Made by a program: the position numbers and the translations under genes. A stretch of 46,290 bases of DNA, taken from positions 1 through 46,290 of the forward strand of contig CANESS010000002.1 of assembly GCA_947441115.1 (NCBI GenBank), read 5' to 3'. The DNA is from Saprospirales bacterium (GTDB lineage Bacteria > Bacteroidota > Bacteroidia > Chitinophagales > JADJOU01). The notes beneath the pieces are model-generated. The model saw only the letters and a list, made by a program, of their open reading frames with translations, ran no database searches and was not told the origin of the DNA. Positions 38,058 through 46,290 of the stretch are shown here, one piece after another. Positions within the stretch are counted from its first letter, which is position 1. The number at the start of each line of letters is the position of its first letter.

Positions 38058-39701
38058 ATGGTAAAATACTATGTTCGAATTGTTGTCTTGCTTTTTATGA
38101 GTAATACATTCAGCAATATAAATGCGTGTGCCTATGTGATAAATAAGACGATAATCCAACCTACCTGCGGGAGTAATGGCCTTTTGTCTTTTTCTATGAC
38201 GCCATCACCTTCTGTAGGGGCTAACTATAGAGTTTTTAAGGATGGACAGTTTCTAGTCAGTATCAATGGCTCTATTGCTAATTTGAATTCACTGACACCA
38301 GGATCATATAAAGTTGTTGTAACGGATAATGCTTCTGGGTGTAAAGACTCTCTAGACAATATAGTCCTAGATCCAGCAGCGAATGCCTTATCTGCTACCC
38401 ACTATATTGATAGTCCACGATGTGATACTTCTACTAATGGTAGGCTAGCGTTAAAAGTTAAAAATGCTGTCGCCGGCACGATAACTTATGCTTGGAGAAA
38501 AGATGGCTTACCTTTTACCAATAATGATTCTATCGTGCAGCCAGCGATGAAAGGAAAATATTCAGTCACCATTACAGATGCAGCCAGTTGCAGATTTGAG
38601 CTTGATAATATGGAGGTACTTGAGTTGAAAGGAAAAATGCTAGCAATAGATACGATTGTATTCCCAACTAGCTGCGATAGTCCGAATGGTAAAATAACCA
38701 TTAATATTTCTGCGAGGCATTTCAATCCATTCAATTGGCAGAAAAAAATAAGATACATTTGGCTAAATAGGCCAGATCGCGACACCTTTAATTTCATTGA
38801 CTCTTTGCCAGCAGGAAAGTATACTTTAGTTGTGACGGATTCGCTGCAATGTTATCCGCTAGAGATAAAGGACATAGAAATCAAACAGAATCCCAAACCA
38901 ACGGCAGTAATTAGAGGTACGGATACACTATGTGCTAATATTGGTTTTGGAAAGTTAGAAGCCTTTTTGACCTTAGGGGACAGTATGAATATAAAGTATT
39001 ATTGGAATCAAGGTCAAAATACAAAAATTGTAGAAGGCGCTGCGATAGTAGCTGGAGATTATGAGTGTGTCGTAGAAGATCTAGCAGGGTGTGTAGATAC
39101 TGCTAGATGGACGATTCACCCCTACCCAGAGAAAGTTATCAATATATTACCAGAATATAAGGAGGTTTTACAACTAACACCTCAGCTACTGAGAATAGAT
39201 AGTCCGCAAGGGCTCTACAATATCGTTTGGAGTTCTAGTCCTGTTTTAAAATACGATATACTTTCCAACAAGGATTCTGTTATACGATCCAACAATATTA
39301 CTGAGAATACGACTTATTTTGTGGTAGCGAAATATGGTCCAAATTGTGAAACGAAAAACAATATAATCATCAAGGTAATAGAGAAAATTGATGCTATCAA
39401 GGAAGAAAATATTCCGAATATTTTTACTCCGGGAGCTTTGAAAAATTCAAAGTACAGGCTAATAAATCTTGACAATAATGGAGGGGCCGTTAAATTATTT
39501 AATTCCTTCGAATTTAAAGTCTATGACAGATGGGGCAACTTAATATTCAATGCGGACAAAGAATCATTTGAGTGGGATGGAACCGACGCCAAAGGCCAAC
39601 CTGTTATGAATGGTGTCTATGCTTATCTTATGAAGTATAGCACGGTTGATAGGCCGTTTAATAATCAGTTAAGAAAAGGAACAATATTATTAGAAAGATA
39701 G
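38058..39701 (+). CDS. SprB-repeat adhesin-like protein with divergent type B T9SS C-terminal domain
   Basis: 547-aa ORF with a signal peptide. Four SprB-type repeats follow the pattern C-x(2-5)-NG...Y.W...G.Y.V.V.D...C: TCGSNGLL..GSYKVVVTDNASGC, RCDTSTNGRL..GKYSVTITDAASC, SCDSPNGKI..GKYTLVVTDSLQC and LCANIGFGKL..GDYECVVEDLAGC. The C-terminus IPNIFTPG...VYDRWGNLIF...WDGTDAKGQPVMNGVYAYL resembles the gliding-motility C-terminal domain (TIGR04131) but lacks the NGDGxND segment. Confidence 0.8.
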   Translation: MVKYYVRIVVLLFMSNTFSNINACAYVINKTIIQPTCGSNGLLSFSMTPSPSVGANYRVFKDGQFLVSINGSIANLNSLTPGSYKVVVTDNASGCKDSLDNIVLDPAANALSATHYIDSPRCDTSTNGRLALKVKNAVAGTITYAWRKDGLPFTNNDSIVQPAMKGKYSVTITDAASCRFELDNMEVLELKGKMLAIDTIVFPTSCDSPNGKITINISARHFNPFNWQKKIRYIWLNRPDRDTFNFIDSLPAGKYTLVVTDSLQCYPLEIKDIEIKQNPKPTAVIRGTDTLCANIGFGKLEAFLTLGDSMNIKYYWNQGQNTKIVEGAAIVAGDYECVVEDLAGCVDTARWTIHPYPEKVINILPEYKEVLQLTPQLLRIDSPQGLYNIVWSSSPVLKYDILSNKDSVIRSNNITENTTYFVVAKYGPNCETKNNIIIKVIEKIDAIKEENIPNIFTPGALKNSKYRLINLDNNGGAVKLFNSFEFKVYDRWGNLIFNADKESFEWDGTDAKGQPVMNGVYAYLMKYSTVDRPFNNQLRKGTILLER

Positions 39702-39704
39702 GAT

Positions 39705-40694
39705 ATGAAGCAGATTAAATTACTAGTTTTTTTATTCGTATTGGCATCAAATGCTAACTCTCAGGACGCTATTTTCTCGCAATATTTCGCTTCCCAGCCT
39801 TATCTCAATCCTGCACTGACTGGCTTCTACGATGGCAGTTATCGGATAAATGCCCATTATCGGACACAATGGACCAATATAAATTCTGGAGTGAATACTT
39901 ATGGTATCAATGGTGAATTGAAATTCGGCGATCATGAAGGTGAGAAAGACTATGTAGGAGCGGGTATCTGTGCATATAGAGATGATCTATACGGCAGATT
40001 AGCCAATAATACAGTAAGGCTCAATCTAGCCTACCACAAACGACTGGGTTATGGGGAAACCAAGCATTTCTTGTCCATAGGCACTAATTTAGGGATGGAT
40101 TACAGACAGGTTAATACGAATTTGATCTTTCCCGATGAACCAGTGCCATTTCAGCATGCGAATATTTTTGTACCGAATATAGGTCTAGGGCTTAATTATC
40201 AAATTGCTTTTCCTAAGTTTGCTAATATATTTTTTGGAGCTGCTGCAGATCATTTGGTATCAGACAAGATATCTATATTTAATAGCAATGTGCAAAATGA
40301 AAAAAGATTTACCATTTATACCTCTGCAAGATTGCGAGTGAATGATGCTGTTTATCTAATTCCCACCTTCCTTAATTCTATGCAGGGGGCGCATAAGCAA
40401 ATTAACTTTGGGACATCGGCCCAATTACTAATGCGTGAATATTATGATTATAAGACCAATATTCAAATAGGAGTCTATGGAAGATTAGGTAATGAAGGAT
40501 TTGATGCATTGATAGGTATGTTGAGATATGAAAATAGAGGTGTCCAGGTAGGACTCAGTTATGATCATGCCTTGACAGAACTATCCTCTGCCACAGGAGG
40601 CTTTGGAGCATTAGAGCTCAGCCTAGGGTATATCGGTGTAATTGAAAGGGTATTTAAATCAAGATCAGAATGCCCTAATTTAAAAAACTTTTAA
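39705..40694 (+). CDS. PorP/SprF family type IX secretion system membrane protein
   Basis: 329-aa ORF with a signal peptide. It is followed by the family's signature start QDAIFSQYFASQPYLNPALTG, and has beta-barrel-like alternating sequence. Confidence 0.85.
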   Translation: MKQIKLLVFLFVLASNANSQDAIFSQYFASQPYLNPALTGFYDGSYRINAHYRTQWTNINSGVNTYGINGELKFGDHEGEKDYVGAGICAYRDDLYGRLANNTVRLNLAYHKRLGYGETKHFLSIGTNLGMDYRQVNTNLIFPDEPVPFQHANIFVPNIGLGLNYQIAFPKFANIFFGAAADHLVSDKISIFNSNVQNEKRFTIYTSARLRVNDAVYLIPTFLNSMQGAHKQINFGTSAQLLMREYYDYKTNIQIGVYGRLGNEGFDALIGMLRYENRGVQVGLSYDHALTELSSATGGFGALELSLGYIGVIERVFKSRSECPNLKNF

Positions 40695-40712
40695 TACAAA
40701 AAGACATTGCGA

Positions 40713-42416
40713 ATGAAGTGCTTAAAATTACTCACCTTATTGCTGACAATGCTTTCCTACCAATCATGGAATGCGCAGATTTTTATAGCAGATACTAATG
40801 TTTGCGGGAATGCAGAGGTTATGTTCAAAGATGTACACCTTATCCCACCAGGGAAGACCGTAGTCAATAGATTTTGGGATTTCGATGGAGTTAATAAAGA
40901 TACCACAGCTTCAGACAGTGTCTATTTCTCCTATTCGAATACAGTAGCAGGTAATCCATTGACGGTAAGCTTGACAGTAGTCTACGACGATGCTTCGACG
41001 GCCAGCTTTACAAAAATTATCTTCGTTTGGGCATTACCGATTATTGATTCGTTTAAGACGAATAGACTTATTACCTGCCCAGGTGTTCAAATGAGATTCG
41101 AGACTTATTCCAGGCCAGATGCTGCTAAAGGAGGAACTTTCTTAAATAATTGGAAACTATCATTCGGAGACGGGATTGATGCAAATCCTTCTAGTGCTGT
41201 GCAAAATATTTTGTATACCTATCAAGCAATGGGATTATATAAAGCCGAATATACCGTAACGGATAATAAAGGATGCGTCAGTCGTACTAATCTAGAAATT
41301 CGAATTATACAGACTCCTACTGTAGCATTTACGCCTATCCACCCGCGGTGTAAAGATTCTATTGTGAGCTATGAGAATAGAACATTTGGAAGGGATACAT
41401 CATGGAAATGGCAATGGATATTTATTGATAGCTTTTATATCAAAGGTAGCCTAGGTCAGGATTCTTTTGTCTTAGAATCTTTTAAACCATACTTTACAGA
41501 AAGTGTGAATCATGTGCACCCATTTTATGTCAATTTTAGCAAATCAAAAGTTTTATTATTTGGCGATAATAAATATGGTTGCAGAGACACATCAGATCTT
41601 TTTATTACTAATGTAGATACTACTCCCACTTTAGTTATTACACCGCGTGCAGATACCACAATTTGTTTTGGAGAAAGTGTACAATACACGGTAAGTGGTT
41701 CCGACACCGTTTTTTATAAAAACTTTCAGTGGGGTAATAAAATAAGTGGAGATTCAATTGTTTTATTCACTCCTAGAAATACCATCACGTATACAGTATA
41801 TGGGAAGACCCCACAATGTCCACCGATAGGTAAGGATATCAAAATAACCGTAGTTCCGCCAGTGGAGACTAAGATCTCCGCAGATCCTCAATATATTCTG
41901 CAAGGAGCCGTGAGTAGGATGAAACTTATCACCAACGGAATTCTTGATAGCTTGAAATGGACACCTGATTCATCCCTAACTAGACCGCGATCTGACTCTA
42001 CTGGTGCCACACCCAGGCTCACCACTACCTACAGAGTTAAATTATATTATAGTTTGAAAAATTATATGTGTTCGCAAGAAGATTCTGCTACTCTATTTGT
42101 AAATAGAGACTGTCAGGTAGACTCTTTGAAAATTCCAACAGCATTTTCGCCAAATGGCGACGGGCTAAATGATGAATTTTATCTTAAATCTTTTGCTTTG
42201 AAAACGATTCTTTCCTTTAATGTATATAATAGATGGGGAAATAAGGTGTTTAGCGTGAATAATGTACCTGCAGATGACAAGCAATACTATTGGAATGGTA
42301 AAATAAATAACAGTGGAGACGAGGTACCTCTTGGTGTTTTTGTTTATAACATATCTGCTGTTTGCAAAAACGATCAAATCTTAAACTTCCAAGGAGAAAT
42401 AACAGTACTAAGATAG
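40713..42416 (+). CDS. PKD-domain protein with canonical type B T9SS C-terminal domain
   Basis: I set the start at ATG 40713 (MKCLKLLTLLLTML). PKD motif WKLSFGDG...YTYQAMGLYKAEYTVTDNKGC. The C-terminus IPTAFSPNGDGLNDEFYL...VYNRWGNKVF...WNGK...PLGVFVYNI is a TIGR04131-type domain. Confidence 0.8.
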   Translation: MKCLKLLTLLLTMLSYQSWNAQIFIADTNVCGNAEVMFKDVHLIPPGKTVVNRFWDFDGVNKDTTASDSVYFSYSNTVAGNPLTVSLTVVYDDASTASFTKIIFVWALPIIDSFKTNRLITCPGVQMRFETYSRPDAAKGGTFLNNWKLSFGDGIDANPSSAVQNILYTYQAMGLYKAEYTVTDNKGCVSRTNLEIRIIQTPTVAFTPIHPRCKDSIVSYENRTFGRDTSWKWQWIFIDSFYIKGSLGQDSFVLESFKPYFTESVNHVHPFYVNFSKSKVLLFGDNKYGCRDTSDLFITNVDTTPTLVITPRADTTICFGESVQYTVSGSDTVFYKNFQWGNKISGDSIVLFTPRNTITYTVYGKTPQCPPIGKDIKITVVPPVETKISADPQYILQGAVSRMKLITNGILDSLKWTPDSSLTRPRSDSTGATPRLTTTYRVKLYYSLKNYMCSQEDSATLFVNRDCQVDSLKIPTAFSPNGDGLNDEFYLKSFALKTILSFNVYNRWGNKVFSVNNVPADDKQYYWNGKINNSGDEVPLGVFVYNISAVCKNDQILNFQGEITVLR

Positions 42417-42425
42417 TTATAGAAT

Positions 42426-43451
42426 ATGAATAAAATAAATTTTGGAATTCTTGTTTTTATCGGATCCATTGGTCTAATTCCAGCATACGGTCAAGATTTA
42501 ATATACTCCCAATTCAATGCCATGCCCCTCGGGGTGAATCCTGCTTTCGCAGGAAATAATGCCTGCAACTATAGAGTTTCTGCTGTAGGGAGAAGTCAAT
42601 GGGGTGGAGTAGAAAATGTAAAGTCATATAAGTCTGGGACTATTGCAGGAGATTTTAATCTCAATAATATCTACGACGAGAAAATGAATCTATGGGGATT
42701 AGGATTATTAGCCTCTTATGATCAGGCGGGTATAGGGTCTTTTACGAATTTTAATATCATAGCTAACCTGGCTTATCATGCTAGATTCGGTATGGAGGGT
42801 CAAAACTTTCTCTCTTTTGGAATTGGTCTGGGCGTTGGTAATCGCGGAGCCAATATTGGCAGTTATACCTTTGCTAGCGAGTTAGACGCTTTCGGGAGAC
42901 CCCTTCCAAATATAGCATCAGGCGAATCTTTTAATACTAATTCTGTTTTCTATCCAGAGATGAATTTCGGAGCATTGCTTACGCTCAATCCCAATGAAAA
43001 TACAAACTTATATGGAGGTGCATCCATCATGCATTTGCTAAGTCCTAATATTTCATTTTCAAATAATGAATACAAACTTCCAATGAGAGTAAACTTTCAT
43101 GCAGGAGCGAATCTCTATAGAGGAGGATTTTTCTTATTACCCACAGTTTATGTGCAATATCAGCAGTATACCAACTACAATGTGGGAGCCTATGTAGGAA
43201 CAATTTTAGTATCAGGACATGAGACGAGAAATCCAATCATTGGCTATCTTGGTTTTTGGTATAAAAGTAGTGATGCTATAGTGCCTGCAGTCCGATTTGA
43301 TATTGGTAGAATGACGGTAGCCTTTAGTTATGATATACATGTAGGGGGTGTCTCTCAAAATTTAAGAGGAGTTAGTTCCCCAGAATTATCGGTCAATTTC
43401 TATGGATGCTTTGGAAGAAGTTCCAAGCGCACTGGCTGTCCATCACTTTAA
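42426..43451 (+). CDS. PorP/SprF family type IX secretion system membrane protein (second copy)
   Basis: 341-aa ORF with a signal peptide followed by QDLIYSQFNAMPLGVNPAFAG. Same architecture as 39705-40694. Confidence 0.85.
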   Translation: MNKINFGILVFIGSIGLIPAYGQDLIYSQFNAMPLGVNPAFAGNNACNYRVSAVGRSQWGGVENVKSYKSGTIAGDFNLNNIYDEKMNLWGLGLLASYDQAGIGSFTNFNIIANLAYHARFGMEGQNFLSFGIGLGVGNRGANIGSYTFASELDAFGRPLPNIASGESFNTNSVFYPEMNFGALLTLNPNENTNLYGGASIMHLLSPNISFSNNEYKLPMRVNFHAGANLYRGGFFLLPTVYVQYQQYTNYNVGAYVGTILVSGHETRNPIIGYLGFWYKSSDAIVPAVRFDIGRMTVAFSYDIHVGGVSQNLRGVSSPELSVNFYGCFGRSSKRTGCPSL

Positions 43452-43551
43452 GCATATTTATGAAACTTATTTATTTGTCTATCTGTTCTTAGGTATAATA
43501 TCAATAAGTAAGACCTTAAATTACAAGCTCTCAACTAAAATAATAATAAAA

Positions 43552-43869
43552 ATGGCATTAGAAATTACAACAGAAAATTTCAAAGAACTTACTAGCAAAG
43601 AAAATGAATTGGTCGTAGCCGACTTTTGGGCAGAGTGGTGTGGTCCATGTAAAATGATTGGCCCAGTTATAGACGAATTAAGTCAGGAGTATGCAGGCAA
43701 AGCAATAATTGGCAAAGTAAACGTAGAAGAGCAGGGAGACCTTGCCGTTCAATTTGGCGTTAGAAACATACCTACTATCCTTTTTATCAAAAATGGCGAG
43801 GTGGTAGATAAGCAAGTAGGAGCTGCGCCCAAAGCAGCATTAGTAGATATGATTAACAAACATATTTAG
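43552..43869 (+). CDS. trxA: Thioredoxin
   Basis: 105 aa from ATG 43552 (MALEITTENF), with the WCGPC active site. The track's 50-codon upstream extension overlaps the porP-like gene and looks non-coding. Confidence 0.93.
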   Translation: MALEITTENFKELTSKENELVVADFWAEWCGPCKMIGPVIDELSQEYAGKAIIGKVNVEEQGDLAVQFGVRNIPTILFIKNGEVVDKQVGAAPKAALVDMINKHI

Positions 43870-43899
43870 TAGATTCCCTGCTAGAAAAATAAAGTAGAG

Positions 43900-43926
43900 A
43901 GGCGGGTATTATTTACCTGCCTTTTT
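43900..43926 (+). terminator. Rho-independent terminator of trxA, overlapping the 3' end of convergent ppk1
   Basis: A 9-bp stem AGGCGGGTA/TACCTGCCT (one G-T pair) with a TTATT loop, followed by TTTT. The ppk1 stop codon (43909-43911) lies in the loop. Confidence 0.6.
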
Positions 43927-45999
43927 AGTTTTATAATCATCCGCCAACCATTGGTAGATGTCTACTTGGCTGCGTATTGATTTTGATTTAGATCTTGACG
44001 GTGGATTATGCCTAGCATTGCTCATATTAGGATTATGCATTCTAGCCTTGACCGTATCATTAAGCTGAATTTCCAAGAATTTTTTTACTTTTTGAAGTAT
44101 CATGGTATCATAAATAGGTGTTGCCACTTCTATTCGATAGTCGAGATTTCTCACCATAAGATCAGCTGAGCTAATAAAACATTCTTCCTCTCCATTATTA
44201 TAGAAATATAAAATACGGGCATGTTCTAAAAACTTGTCTACTATACTAATGGCTTTAAACTGATTTTTTTTAGGCAAATCTGTAGCTACACAGCATATAC
44301 CTCTAATTATGGCTTGTACCTGAACTCCAGCTTCTTTCGCTTCATATAGCGCATCAATAAGTTGATCATCTACTAGACTATTCATTTTTATTATAATTTC
44401 TGCCTGCAATCCATTTTTAGCATGCGTGATTTCTCGTTTTATTTTCTTTAGAATTTGCTCTCGCATGGTAAATGGTGCGACTAAAAGATGCTTAAAATTA
44501 TACGGCTTGTAAAATTCTAGATAATTGAATATTTTACCGACCTCTTGTGTTAAGTTTTTATGAGTAGAAAATAAGCTAAGATCACTGTATATATCTGCGG
44601 TCACTTCATTAAAATTACCAGTAGAGATATTGCAATATTCCCTCCTTATCTTGCCTATTTTTTTGACTACATAGACCAATTTTGAATGTACTTTCAACTG
44701 TGGGTGTCCAAAAATCACATGAATACCCTCTTCTACCATTTGATTGGCCCAGAAAATATTATTTGCTTCATCAAAACGAGCGGTAATTTCCATAATAATA
44801 GTCACTCTTTTTCCGTTTTTTACCGCATTGGTAAGGATATTAACTATCTGTGACTTTGATGACAATCTATAAAGTGTCATTTTGATTTCCTCTACATATG
44901 GATCTATAGAGGCATCTCGGAGAAAGTCTAGAAGATAGCTAAAGGAATTGTAAGGATAAAAAAGCATGACGTCCTTTTGTTCTATTACATTCAATATGCT
45001 GCGTTCCCCTTCTAGTTTTATATTGGGTAGGCTCTCTATTTTAGGATATCGTAAATGTTTGAGACCAAATTCAGGAAACTGCATGAAATCCTTGAAATTA
45101 TGATATCGCCCACTCAAAACCACATTGAATTTGGAGATTTTTATTTTTTTCAGCAGAAAACTAAGTAAATCATCTGGAATCATCTTGTCAGCTATAAAAC
45201 GCACGGGCTGTCCTTTCTTTCTTTGCTTTAATGTACGCGAGAGATATCCTAGGTCAGATTTTGAAAAATCACTATCTAGATCCAATTCTGCATCCCTCGT
45301 TAGCTTTATTGTATAGGCCGTAGCCTCTTTAATATTAAATACCTTATAGATTTCATCTAGATTGATACGAATCATATCATCTAGCAGCAGCACACGGTAT
45401 TGCCCTTTTCTAGGCGAAGGCAGTTCTATAAATCGGGAAAAAAAATCTGTTGGAATCTCAATAAGTGAAAACACTTTTTTGCCACTTTGTAGTGTCAATT
45501 TTATAGCTAAATAGATAGACTGATCTCGAAGTGTTGGAAAATTTTGAGAATCTTTCAATATCAACGGAGTAATGCCTTTGCGAATATTTTTTTTAAAATA
45601 ATCCCTGCACCATCCCGTTTGCTTCTCATTGAGTTCTGTTTCGGCTAATATCTGAATGCCATGCGTTTTCATTTCATCCTTAATGTCATGAAAAGCTGAA
45701 GCAAATATCTTCTCATCCTCTTTTAGCTTCTGGTATATTTGGGCTAATACCTCTTTAGGATTATAATTGAGCTTTTCAGTAAATGACTCCAAGATGAGTC
45801 TATGCAGAGTACCTACGCGCACTCGAAAAAACTCATCTAGGTTGCTCGAATAAATACCTAAAAATCGGAGTCTATCGAGTACAGGTACACTGTTATCTAA
45901 GGCTTCAAATAACACTCGCTCATTAAAAGCCAACCAGCTGAGCTCCCTATTCACTTTAGGTAGTGAGTTTTCTATATAATTTACCTTTAATTCGTTCAC
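43909..45999 (-). CDS. ppk1: Polyphosphate kinase 1
   Basis: 696-aa ORF. N-terminal NRELSWLAFNERVL, and the order and length of PPK1 with two PLD-like C-terminal domains (HSKLVYV context). Confidence 0.95.
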   Translation of the reverse strand: MNELKVNYIENSLPKVNRELSWLAFNERVLFEALDNSVPVLDRLRFLGIYSSNLDEFFRVRVGTLHRLILESFTEKLNYNPKEVLAQIYQKLKEDEKIFASAFHDIKDEMKTHGIQILAETELNEKQTGWCRDYFKKNIRKGITPLILKDSQNFPTLRDQSIYLAIKLTLQSGKKVFSLIEIPTDFFSRFIELPSPRKGQYRVLLLDDMIRINLDEIYKVFNIKEATAYTIKLTRDAELDLDSDFSKSDLGYLSRTLKQRKKGQPVRFIADKMIPDDLLSFLLKKIKISKFNVVLSGRYHNFKDFMQFPEFGLKHLRYPKIESLPNIKLEGERSILNVIEQKDVMLFYPYNSFSYLLDFLRDASIDPYVEEIKMTLYRLSSKSQIVNILTNAVKNGKRVTIIMEITARFDEANNIFWANQMVEEGIHVIFGHPQLKVHSKLVYVVKKIGKIRREYCNISTGNFNEVTADIYSDLSLFSTHKNLTQEVGKIFNYLEFYKPYNFKHLLVAPFTMREQILKKIKREITHAKNGLQAEIIIKMNSLVDDQLIDALYEAKEAGVQVQAIIRGICCVATDLPKKNQFKAISIVDKFLEHARILYFYNNGEEECFISSADLMVRNLDYRIEVATPIYDTMILQKVKKFLEIQLNDTVKARMHNPNMSNARHNPPSRSKSKSIRSQVDIYQWLADDYKTKKAGK

Positions 46000-46182
46000 C
46001 TTATTTTAATATTATTGCAAAAATAAACAACTTAAACCTTATAGGTTCATTATCCAGTGTTAAAACTAGATTAAATCATTTTTTAGAAAAATAATTTATA
46101 CCTAAATGATTGACTAGGTGGTTTTTGAAATAGTATAATATATATATTCAAAAAAACCTTGCACATAAAAAATAAAATTGTT

Positions 46183-46197
46183 TATCTTTGCACTCCC
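46183..46197 (+). promoter_or_regulatory. Stable-RNA-type promoter TATCTTTGCACTCCC pointing out of the window
   Basis: A TAnnTTTG box followed by CACTCC, nearly identical to the tRNA operon promoter at 13683-13697. No ORF follows in the remaining 93 nt. Confidence 0.4.
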
Positions 46198-46290
46198 ATT
46201 CAGAAAAAGAAGGGGTTTAATATTAGGGTGTAAGTCAGTAAGACAAGGCACTTGAGGATTAAATAAATCGAGTTCATTGACATTTAAGTA

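Noticed and set aside
43402-43551. A 50-codon N-terminal extension of trxA in the ORF track. Similar extensions occur at 4734-4862, 23621-23662, 27807-27854 and 40707-40712.
   Set aside because: The extensions overlap the upstream gene or begin at TTG. They precede a canonical N-terminus or signal peptide that starts at an internal ATG. Thioredoxin homologs are about 105 aa.
1-46290. A search by eye for CRISPR arrays, IS elements or transposases, integrases, phage genes, toxin-antitoxin pairs, restriction-modification or other defence genes, and long repeats.
   Set aside because: None found. There are no regularly spaced direct repeats and no ORF with transposase, integrase or nuclease-type motifs. 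Every ORF over 100 aa outside a known gene is accounted for.

Overview
This is an AT-rich (roughly 35% GC by eye) chromosomal core segment from a Bacteroidota genome. The phylum call rests on type A and type B T9SS C-terminal sorting domains, two PorP/SprF genes, recurrent TAnnTTTG -7 promoter boxes and no Shine-Dalgarno sequences. I support about 40 genes, mostly housekeeping. Replication and repair: dnaE, dnaA, polA, dnaX, dprA. Chaperone, redox and related: dnaK, trxA, a 2-Cys peroxiredoxin, bshA, ppk1. Lipid: fabG, a fatty acid desaturase. Nucleotide-sugar: galE, ugd, a UDP-glucuronate decarboxylase. Others: methylmalonyl-CoA mutase, threonine aldolase, a YdiJ-like FAD/Fe-S oxidoreductase, tRNA-Ser(GCT) and tRNA-Pro(TGG). 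Two secreted hydrolases carry type A T9SS tails. An operon at 38.0-43.5 kb holds two tandem cassettes, each a type B-CTD adhesin-like cargo followed by a PorP/SprF gene. I see no CRISPR array, transposase, integrase, phage gene or defence-island hallmark, and I cannot honestly point to a convincing new multi-gene system. The best leads are: (1) an A11 tract in dnaX with stops soon after it in both alternative frames, a candidate gamma/tau switch; (2) three decayed genes (RDD family, CarboxypepD_reg-like, GT2 glycosyltransferase), two of them broken only by in-frame stop codons with no frameshift; (3) the duplicated cargo/PorP cassettes, including a miniature SprB-repeat protein with a divergent CTD; (4) an unannotated 49-codon membrane ORF 3 nt upstream of fabG; (5) a shared TAnnTTTGCACTCC promoter upstream of the tRNAs and again at the right edge, suggesting a stable-RNA gene just beyond the window. 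All family assignments come from motif recognition by eye, not from database searches.
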